Positions 1 through 7,967 of a DNA stretch of 7,967 nt are shown here, in pieces. Below the pieces are notes generated by a model. That model did no database searches. It saw only the letters and a list, made by a program, of their open reading frames with translations, and was not told the origin of the DNA. The position numbers and the translations under genes were made by a program. The stretch comes from Paraspadella gotoi. Taxonomy: Eukaryota; Animalia; Chaetognatha. The stretch is taken from contig JBJCIZ010001066.1 of the NCBI GenBank assembly GCA_051294375.1, positions 1 to 7,967 on the forward strand, in the 5' to 3' direction. The stretch's first letter is position 1. Each line of letters begins with the position of its first letter.

Positions 1-203
1 ATTGTTTTTACTTTTGGTTGCGGTTCCCGTAGTTGGTCGCAAATTGCACAACTTTTGGTGAATTCCGAAATATCTCGGTTAATTGTGGGCCAAATTGCAT
101 ATCTTTTTATTTTGTCATGCATCTTGTTGTTGCTTGGATGGCCAGACATCATAGAACCATGAGAATCTCGGAGAACTTCTTGTACAAGGCTGTCGGGTAA
201 TAC
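1..203 (-). CDS. Integrase N-terminal HHCC zinc-binding domain (partial, not in the ORF track)
   Basis: Open frame from 203: VLPDSLVQEVLRDSHGSMMSGHPSNNKMHDKIKRYAIWPTINRDISEFTKSCAICDQLREPQPKVKT. His codons are at 161-159 and 140-138, and Cys codons at 50-48 and 41-39. The conserved WP is present. Confidence 0.93.
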
Positions 204-599
204 AGTCTTGCAGCATCATGGATGGAGTGGATACCTTTGGTTGATAGCGCTTTGCGCGTTACAAAGCATTCTTGAGCATTACAAATCTGTTGAAATTCTT
301 CAAGAACCATTTTTCAGAAATGAACCTCGGTGGTCTTCTTTCTCATCTGACGCATTCCATAATTTCAGATATCTATAGAATCGGCTTCTTGCTTTTGTTT
401 TAGACGGAGTAGCTTTCGGCATTAGAAGTCCTGATACGATGTTAGATTCATTCAATGGCATCAATGCCCAAAAGAGCCATTCATTTGTCATAACTTTCAA
501 GGGCATTAATCATCATTCCTCGCAGAGGCTCTTCGTTCTTTCTGTAGCGCTCGTCCTGCTCATTTCGCATTCTGATCTGTATGTATCTTCGCCTTGCTT

Positions 600-959
600 G
601 GTTGTAGAAGCTCAAATTCATATTGATCAAGCTCGATGGCCCATCTAGTCCTTCTCCCAGTGGCGTCTTTCTTGGGATCAACTTTCTTCCAAGAAAGTAA
701 AGGCCGATGGTCAGTTATAGCAATGAACGGTGCATGCCTTAAGTAATGGCAATTGGCGCGAATTGCGCATAGTAGTGCAAAAAATTCGCGATCATAAGTA
801 GACCATTTTTGTTGGGGTTTAGACAGTTTCTTTGAACCATAAGAAATGACTTTTTCCTTTCCATCTATCTTCTGGGTTAGGACGTAGCCTACAGCCAGAA
901 GAGAGGCATCACTTTTAACGATAAAGGGTTTTTCAAAATCTGGGTAAGACATAATTTGA
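600..959 (-). CDS. Ty3/Gypsy RNase H domain (in-frame part of ORF 560..1153)
   Basis: Uninterrupted reading YPDFEKPFIVKSDASLLAVGYVLTQ...VISYGSKKLSKPQQKWSTYDREFFALLCAI...HYL...FIAITDHRPL...RWAIELDQYEFEL. The catalytic acidic residues are present: D (910-908), E (787-785) and D (712-710). Confidence 0.95.
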
Positions 960-1460
960 TCCGAGATTAAAATATGTCTGAGTTCCTCAAAGGCTTTTTG
1001 ATGTTCTTTCCTTTCCAAGACCATTCCACACATGCATGCGGTGCAGATCAGAGAGTGGAGAGCAAATTTTGCTGTAGTCTTGACATAATGGCGTAATATC
1101 CTGTTAGGCCAAGGAATGTTTTGAGGCGTTTGACATTTCGGGAGCTTTTCCATGAACGGAATTTTTTCACATTGGCAGGATCTGGGGCAATGCCATCTTT
1201 TGAGAGTTTATGTCCAAGACATACCAAGATTCCTGCGGCGAATTTGCACTTTGAAGGGTTGAGCTTGAGCCCAGCACCTTCCAAGGCGGTCAGCACTGAT
1301 CAGGTGTTTGAGGTGATCCTCCATGTTGTTGTCTGCAACCAAATGTCATCCATATAGCTGATAAATGTTGGGGGGCACCCACGCAGCACGAGCTGCATGA
1401 GTGAGCTAAGGCAGCTTGGTGAATTTTTGGCACCCATTGGGGACTTGGTATTCTATCCAA
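960..1460 (-). pseudogene. Reverse transcriptase, C-terminal half (motif B, catalytic YxDD, thumb), split over several frames
   Basis: Motif B PMGAKNSP is at 1440-1417 and YMDD at 1356-1345 (+ strand gtcatccatata). Next come VADNNMEDHLKHL and VLTALEGAGLKLNPSKCKF...LGHKLSKDGIAPDPANV...LKTFLGLTGYY (ORF 1048..1296). After indel correction the following stretch reads approximately RHYVKDYSKIASPLSDL...WSW..EHQKAFEEL. Upstream RT motifs (DYRxLN, DLxxGYHQ) were not found. Confidence 0.93.
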
Positions 1461-3075
1461 AAGCTCGCCGGCGCAACAATCCCCGCCGAATCGATCCCAA
1501 TCATTTTTAATTTTATTTGGGAGACTAGTAAATAATTTAAAGTTCTGAGAATCTTTTTCAAGCTTGTTTATCACGTGATAACAAAGGAAAATGCGGTATA
1601 TTTCTTGTAATGACGGTTATTGAATTGAAACTGTGCAGAAATGCAGGACGTTTATTATATATGAATTTCATAGTATAATAGTCAGTGATCACAGGGAGAA
1701 CAATGGAAAGCAAAAGTCACTGCGGCGCAAATATAGGATGGACCGATCTTGTATCTGTAAGAGGATGGGCCCTAGGCCATACCAACCATAACTGTCCTCC
1801 AAAGTCCGGGTAACCAAAGCTTACTTTTTGAATAATGAATATTGTATATAGTACCAATTTCATATCATATAACATCAACATCATACTAACGGCGCCTTCG
1901 TTCAAGAGTCGCCAACGTCGTATTCTCTGAGCCCGACGTTAGCAGCGTCGCTCTCCTCCACGCCATCACGTACTTTTCCACTAAAGGATTATAAGGAAAA
2001 TCTGAGCCCTTATCTCTACGTAAATATTCTTGTTCTTTGTTCATGTTATGCCTAAATTCTTAGCTTAAATGTAATGAAGTAGCTTTTTATGGCCATTGTT
2101 TATTTGGCCTAAAGCCCATTGAATAAATTCCAATTCTCTCTCTCCACGCACTCTTTGCCGTTCTCCCTCGGCCGTGACGGCCCTGTTATTGGGATGACGG
2201 TTTTGACGAGTGACCTCGCGAGATTGTAGCGCGGAAGTGAATTGGAGTTGGCGCATCGCCCTCCCGCGCTCATGCCGCCCAGCGTCGAGAGAAAAGACTC
2301 TGCTGCGCTTTGCTGGATTCTGCGTGGCGAGGAAGAATAGGCGACTATCGGGATCGTCAAAAATATTATGGAAGCGCAACAACGACAACAACAAGAAAAA
2401 ATTAATTTCTCCTCAAAATTTTCTCTGTTCGCCACCTATCTACCTCACAACCTGCGGTGCATTCGTCGGCCTTCGTCGTCGCTGGCGCCGATGGGGCGAC
2501 GGCGGAAGAGGCGATAGAGGAGGCGGTTGGTGATGGGATGAGTAGAGGGGAGGTGGGAAGAGGAGGTCATGGAATGGAGGCATTCTTGGAGCCGTCGACG
2601 ACATCATGGCGAGGAGCGTGTCGCCGAGAAGGATCTGTGTTATTGAGGTGGGAGAGGAGAGGGAAGAGAAAAGCTCGTTAATACCGAACGAACATCACAT
2701 CACAAGTGTGCAATGACAAAACAAAAAGTGCTCCGTGAATACGGTCATGCTCGTGACGTATACCATGCTACTATACTGGTGACGTGAACGAGTCCACTAA
2801 GCAAATTCTAGAACACATCAGTGGAGGTTGTATCCTTTTCTCATTAGCCGAAAGGTGTGACTCTGCCGCTCTTTTTTAAAAAAAAAAAAACCACAAAAGA
2901 AAACACGAGAATCGTTTTTTTTTTATTTGATTTCTAAATAGTTCGTCTTTTTCTTTTTGTTTTCAGTCGATAAGAGGGAAAGGAAAAAGGGGAAAACCTA
3001 ATCGAGGAACTAGACGAATAGTCTACGTGTGCTGGCGCTCTGTTCATCTCCGAAAGTGTCTCAGGGCTTTGAGTG

Positions 3076-3088
3076 TCTCCTCCTCTCT

Positions 3089-3125
<37 letters not shown>
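3076..3125. repeat. Imperfect (TC)n/(GA)n microsatellite
   Basis: A ~50-nt run of tc repeats with a few extra c or t bases, read directly from the sequence. Confidence 0.9.
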
Positions 3126-4197
3126 ATCGATAGTATTTACGGCTTCCGGAAAAAATCTTGTACGAGCTCCAAATTCAAATTAACAAGTATGGGTTAATTG
3201 TAAAAATTTAGAGACCAATGAAAATGAAACCAAAAAAAGGTGAAAATGAATGTAAAGTGTGGGGAATTGACAAAAAAGAAAAAAAAAACGGGCGCGGTAC
3301 CAATAGGAACAACTAAACATTTCGATCCATACACTCAGAGAGGAGAGAGGATGTTCGCGATCACATAATCCAAAAAATTTAAATTCACATTTTCACGTGT
3401 CCACGGGAAAACAAAAGGAGAAAACAAAAAGAATAAAACAAACAAAACCGAAAAAAATGAGGATAAAAACAAACCTTTCTCGTCAAGATGACTTATCATC
3501 GAAAGCTTTTGCGCACGCGGATATCCCTTTTCTCCTCTCATCATGCCCGAGGGCTTCCGCCCCGCGCGCCCGTGGGGCCACCCCCATATTTTCTCTACGC
3601 CCGACTAAATCGAGAGCAGCGCTCGTAACGCGAAGTCTCGACCGTCTCGCTCGACTCTATGGGTGAGCGGCGAGGTCCGGAGCAACGTCGACTTCCCGTC
3701 TGCCGCCGATCGAAGACTTTGGGTTTTTTGTTTATTTATTTTTTTTATTATTTGTTTTGTTTTGGAGACAGGCGAAGAAGATGAAACCGAAAGAAATAAA
3801 AAGGGAACGAAACAGTGGTTAGCGCTTAGGGACGAGCACCGAAATGGTGTTAATATAACCGGTATCCCGTTTTTTTATACGTAGTGCGATATTATATTAA
3901 ACTACGGAATACTGTAAAGTGTATACGCAGTATTGTATAATTCATGATCGTCCGTAAGAACTAGTAGTTTAAATATTACCATTAACAGTATTTCGGTAAG
4001 CGAGCGAGAGCAAGTTTAGAAACAAATGTTAATAACTTTGGGTATAATTTCAATGTTTAAGGATTATTTTTTTATAACGCTACAACGTCGTTCCACCCGT
4101 CAGGACTGTATTGTGCTCATAATGATTTTTTCCCAAAGACGAAACTGCTGCCTTCAAAAACGACCGAAGGGAGATATCAGTTTCCGGGGCTGCTAAA

Positions 4198-4222
4198 NNN
4201 NNNNNNNNNNNNNNNNNNNNNN
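4198..4222. other. Assembly gap (25 N)
   Basis: Run of 25 n. Confidence 0.99.
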
Positions 4223-5435
4223 GTTGGGAAACTCGGCTCAGCTGTGTTAAATGATTGTGCTTTCACTCTTGTCTTCTCTCAGGAGCATTCACTCGCTGAT
4301 CGAGCTTGCACCTCGGCCATCGAGAAATGAATCTTGAAAGAGCAGGATCAAGTATATATTATCTTTTCCCGGCAACTTGATATATAAATCCGGTAAATGA
4401 AATGAGAATCCATCTATCCAAGTTAGGACCGACTGGTTATCGGCAGAAACCTAAGTCGTCACTTACAGAGGGGCACAATGTAGCTGAATATTTACAGAAA
4501 AAGTCCCAGCCAAGAATGATGGGCTGGACTAAACCTTTAACTACTCTGCAGTTCATACGAAGGTAAGTGTTATCTATTCTAAATTTTACATTAACTATGC
4601 CAATAGTAAGAACACCAGTTCCATTTATTCATATCTTTATGCATTTGCGTTTACGAGGAAATAGGGAAAAGCTGACGCTCCTCCTTCTAACACAACAGGG
4701 TAAACTGTCCTTTGGGTAATTTTACAACCTAAAATGCTCACACATCCTTCGTACATACCTGAACTCCTCTCAGTCATCCCTTGATGTCCGGCCGCACAAC
4801 AATGCGTCGAATCGATTCTCCCGCAGTGCATAACTCTTATCAGATCAAACCGCCTGTGACACAGTATATTCCACTTTATAGAAGCCTTATACGTACTTAG
4901 GGGAATATATATATCAGATCCAGACATCGAATCCGAGAGCGTGTTAAATGAACCGGGTCACATGAGCGCATCAGAGAGCTTTTACAGTTTTTACATTCGA
5001 TCCGAGTCTTCGATAGAAGATTAAGTTATCACTTACATTACTTTAGCCGCGTATGTTGCTGTTCCTCCCATGACCTGCTCCACTGAGAATCTCCACGCCT
5101 CAATGCTAACAAGCTCTCTTCTTAACATTATCGGGTAGACTTATACTACTCCTTCATCTGAATGGTGCGACCGCTTGCCGCGACCATCTGGTTCGCCGAG
5201 GATTAACAGACTTCTACGGTCTTATATCCATGAAGTTGTGGCATCCCACGAAAAGAGAAGAGACAGACACGTACTACAGCCCAAAACGAACTATGCAGAA
5301 AGCGCTAGGGACCTAAAGGAGCGAAACGACTCACGACAACAACGCGAGGCACATCTATCGATGGTTCTTTTAGAGCCGCAGAATCACTAGACTACGTACG
5401 TACATACACATCATTTGAGGGACACGCCAGCCGAG

Positions 5436-5557
5436 TACAGTGGTAAACATGAATCTCAGCACTTGCTTCACTGCACATCAAGTTCAGCCCTAGGCTTTGC
5501 TAGGCTATGACAGCACTGAACGGGATAAGGTGTCCTCTCGACTAATTTACCACTGTA
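5436..5557. mobile_element. Possible tiny Tc1/mariner-type MITE (TA-CAGTGGTAAA...TTTACCACTG-TA)
   Basis: Perfect 12-bp inverted repeat tacagtggtaaa (5436-5447) / tttaccactgta (5546-5557). The outer TA could be a target-site duplication, and CAGT-starting TIRs are typical of Tc1/pogo elements. The repeat does not extend inward. Confidence 0.3.
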
Positions 5558-5861
5558 TGGTGTATCACCTTCTCTTCCCAAAAACCTAATGCTGTCATTC
5601 ATTTTATCAGCCGTACCATGAGGCATCATTGAAAATGCCCAAATCTGGTCCTGTTGTGATCAGCGTCACTTAAATCTGTCACTCAAAAGCGAATTTGCTC
5701 CCATTTCGTCCATCTGCTTGCCTTGTTGTCCTCCCGCACTAATGAAACGTTTGGGTGTCCCTCATTTAGTAATATCAAAGAGGCGTTTTTCCGCCGGTCA
5801 ACTACCGAACATGAGGGGAGTCTTATTAGAGAAAACATTAGAGCAAGGGTCCAGAGGAGCA

Positions 5862-5940
5862 CAGAGAGCGATGAGAGAGAGAGAGAAGAGAAGGAAGAGA
5901 GAGAGAGGAGAGAGGAAGAGGACAGAAGAAGGAGGAAAGA
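5862..5940. repeat. GA-rich low-complexity tract containing short (GA)n runs
   Basis: Nearly pure purine sequence (gagagagagagagaagagaaggaagagagagagaggagagaggaagagg). It explains the E/R-rich and S/L-rich overlapping ORFs here. Confidence 0.8.
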
Positions 5941-7243
5941 CGCTACAGAAAGCATCAGCACGAGCAGAACTTGTATTCGGGAGATACAAAGAGAGATGAG
6001 GAAGAAGAAAGTGTCCGGCCAGTCCGTTCCGGACCCTCGGGCTCCGACACATAGGTGGAAATAGGAGGCAACCGAGAGTCGCAAGTTTTTATTACCAGCC
6101 ATCAGAATCCAATGAAGCCACGAGTTGAAAGAGCAAATGGCCCGCCCCTAATAGTATGCAATATGAGAAAATATAGAGAATCGGACTGAGGCGCGCGAAA
6201 GTGAAAAGGCAAAACCTTGCGATGGAGAGTTGGGAGACAGGGTGGGGCTGACGTGTGTAGGGCAGTCCAAGGGGTTGTGTGGAGACCGCGCGTAGAGGTT
6301 AGGGTAGTAGTGTGTGCTCTTGAAAGTTGGAGACAGGCTATGGGCATGAGGGATAAGTAAGGTAAAAATAACAAAACCCAACCAAAACACCTCGTTGATT
6401 ATCAATCAATAAATATAGCATAAGGAAAAAAAAACATAAAAAACAACCATATTCAACTTCTAAAAAATATGTTTTAAAAATCATCGTGTTAGTTCGCAGC
6501 CAATTCTGTGACTTCTGAGGCAGGGACGAGCCCTCCAGTATGGTCTAAATCCCACCTGGCTATTTTCTCTAACTCGCCCCTTGTAGCTCTCCGCGGTCCA
6601 ATCCAGGTCTTCCTACCCTCTCCTGCTATTGAGCTACGTCTCCCTATCTCTCCTTCTGGTCCGGTCCTCTCCCGCTCTTAATCAAAGTAGTCTGCAAGAG
6701 ATGACAGAACCTTCTGCACTCTCAGTAGGATACATCTTCTCCAAACCTGGCCGATCCCTCTCCTCCTCTCTGGCATTTCCTCACTGCTCTCCAGAGAAGA
6801 TTCCTCCATCGACAGGATCAAGCCAGCAACACAGATCCGGCATGTCGCAACGCATCTCTCCTAGCTCCACCGTCCAGCAGCTCCTCTCTCTCCCATCCGA
6901 AGAGTGACGACGCACTCCAGACAGCAACAGGCGAGTCTCTCGTTTTCTCTCCCTAGGGAGTCATCTCGGAGGGTCAATCCACGAATCTAATCAGAACAAG
7001 AGTCAGCCCAGCGGATCCTCTCAGTCCGTCTCTCTCTATCAGATCCTCTCTGTTCCCACCTCCATTCTCTCTCCCCTCATACCATTTAATATTTTTCCAG
7101 TTCGTCTTTCCGGTCTCTTTTTTTTTCCCCTCCCTTCACCCCTTTTTCGTCCGGAAAAATCAATCGTCCGCCGCGAAATTTAATGAACGAAATAAAAAGT
7201 GAAAAGACTGGCGGTGGGAATCCTGGCGTCTAGAGGGTATGCG

Positions 7244-7268
7244 NNNNNNNNNNNNNNNNNNNNNNNNN
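7244..7268. other. Assembly gap (25 N)
   Basis: Run of 25 n. Retrotransposon-like coding stops exactly here. Confidence 0.99.
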
Positions 7269-7372
7269 TTTCCATCAACTCTTATCATAAACTCTGCTTT
7301 CCATTTAGGCTTTACGTCTAGGGTCTCGTCAACATCGATCGCTGCTTGACCCATGGCAGGATCGCTCTTCAG
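7269..7372 (-). other. Short open frame between two gaps, possibly the Gag-Pol junction or protease N-terminus
   Basis: Reads LKSDPAMGQAAIDVDETLDVKPKWKAEFMIRVDG. The ending resembles the beta-strand 'I.V.G' that precedes the D[ST]G motif of retrotransposon aspartic proteases. The catalytic motif would fall in or after the N gap and is not visible. Confidence 0.35.
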
Positions 7373-7382
7373 NNNNNNNNNN
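7373..7382. other. Assembly gap (10 N) inside the gag-like region
   Basis: Run of 10 n. Confidence 0.99.
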
Positions 7383-7967
7383 CCGGCAACGGCACGCTCA
7401 ACTTCAGCAATGCGGTCATCAGACATTGCAGCTCCAGTAAAGCCAACGGATTTTTCAGGTTTTGAATCTTCTTCTTGAGTAATCTGAACGCGCAGCGCAA
7501 TATTTTTCGCTGCAGTAATAGTGCGTGAATCTTCATTACAGCCTAAATCGATGGCATCACGGTAGGGCTTAGGCAGAGCTCTACGAAATCTGAAAAACAG
7601 CTCCCGGGCTCTTGCATCATCACCCAAATCTTTCTCGTATTTGCTGTTGACACTGCTTGATAATATCTTGCAGCCAAATGATGCATGGACTCTTTGCCAT
7701 CCCATTCGACTGTGGTCTTCTTAGCTTGCCAACGATAAGCTTCTTGAGGGTCATTTAAAAGAATGATCATTTTGGCTTTAACCTGAGCATAAGTTCTTTC
7801 GGGAATCGTCTTGAATACTTCACGAGCTGAATCATCCAGCTTTCCAATGGAACGGCATAATCGATGCGTTCTGTCTTCCGGAAGAGCACCTTAATGTACC
7901 ACATAAAGACAGCCAGCTTTTTCAAAGAGCTTCATCGCATTTCCCTCGAGAATCATGCATTCTCAGA
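7383..7967 (-). mobile_element. gag: Retrotransposon Gag (capsid)-like coding fragment, frameshifted as assembled
   Basis: Joining frames gives ...MKLFEKA...KLDDSAREVFKTIPERTYAQVKAKMIILLNDPQEAYRWQAKKTTVEWDGKESMHHLAAR[fs]KYEKDLGDDARARELFFRFRRALPKPYRDAIDLGCNEDSRTITAAKNIALRVQ. The 'ES...LA.R' and 'F...LP..Y...I' patterns resemble Gypsy Gag capsid. It is on the same strand as, and upstream of, the pol fragment. Gag is poorly conserved, so the call rests on pattern and context. Confidence 0.72.

Larger units (their letters stand above)
1..1460 (-). mobile_element. pol: Ty3/Gypsy LTR retrotransposon pol fragment (RT C-half, RNase H, integrase N-terminal zinc finger), frameshifted as assembled and continuing beyond the left edge
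   Basis: Manual minus-strand translation across frames gives IEYQV-PMGAKNSPSCLSSLMQLVLRG...SYMDD, LKLNPSKCKF, FLGLTGYY, PDFEKPFIVKSDAS, STYDREFFAL, TDHRPL, RWAIEL and H-X6-H-X29-C-X2-C. The RT-RH-INT order is Ty3/Gypsy-type, whereas Ty1/Copia places INT before RT. Confidence 0.96.

Noticed and set aside
300-681. Short ORFs 300..506, 439..648 and 481..681
   Set aside because: They are frameshifted or antisense readings of the RNase H-integrase linker, not independent genes.
1290-1574. 94-aa minus-strand ORF
   Set aside because: It is mostly an off-frame reading of the RT motif B/YMDD region fused to unrelated upstream sequence.
1717-1905. ORF with 'DFG...HPLTDTRSVHPIF', faintly like the pre-RT linker of Gypsy pol
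   Set aside because: None of the RT motifs that should lie between it and 1460 (SP, DYRxLN, DLxxGY) could be found, and the similarity is at chance level.
1911-1943. 10-bp hairpin gccaacgtcg/cgacgttagc
   Set aside because: It has one mismatch, no U-tract and no recognisable context, and is expected by chance.
2065-2681. Four overlapping ORFs in a GC-rich block, and a hairpin at 2471-2508
   Set aside because: There is no recognisable domain and the starts are mostly non-ATG. Overlap on both strands and the hairpin are explained by high GC and CGN/GGN triplet richness.
2878-3000. A13 run and neighbouring A/T tracts as a retroposon tail or terminator
   Set aside because: There is no upstream SINE/LINE body or target-site duplication, and homopolymer tracts are common throughout this block.
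4637-5390. ORFs 4637..4927 (-) and 5175..5390 (+)
   Set aside because: They are short and show no motif or family resemblance.
5683-6102. E/R-rich and S/L-rich ORFs on both strands
   Set aside because: They are by-products of the GA-rich low-complexity tract.
6183-6210. ctgaggcgcgcgaaagtgaaa as a hammerhead ribozyme core
   Set aside because: It does not match CUGANGA, stem II is too weak, and there are no convincing stems I/III or cleavage triplet.
1-7967. Prokaryotic RT system (retron, DGR, group II intron, RT-CRISPR) or CRISPR array
   Set aside because: The RT is fused to a Ty3-type RNase H and an HHCC integrase. There are no regularly spaced repeats, no TR/VR pair, no msr-msd and no operon-like gene density.

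Overview
This is eukaryotic-looking scaffold sequence with three short N gaps (25, 25 and 10 nt). The only homology I recognise with confidence is to a Ty3/Gypsy LTR retrotransposon, in two minus-strand pieces. A gag/capsid-like piece, possibly running into the start of the protease, lies at the right end (~7967 to 7269). A pol piece lies at the left end (~1460 to 1) with the C-terminal half of RT (PMGAKNSP...YMDD), RNase H and the integrase HHCC zinc finger, in Gypsy RT-RH-INT order. Both pieces are broken by many 1-nt indels while the conserved motifs stay intact, which looks more like uncorrected long-read error than true decay. The ~5.8 kb between them has no credible protein-coding gene. 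It is compositionally patchy and holds a (TC)n microsatellite, GA-rich tracts and a possible ~120-bp TA-flanked MITE. It is either an insertion that replaced the protease and the RT N-terminus, or gap-fill/misassembly. I find no well-supported novel biological system, and no tRNA, rRNA, CRISPR array or LTR.
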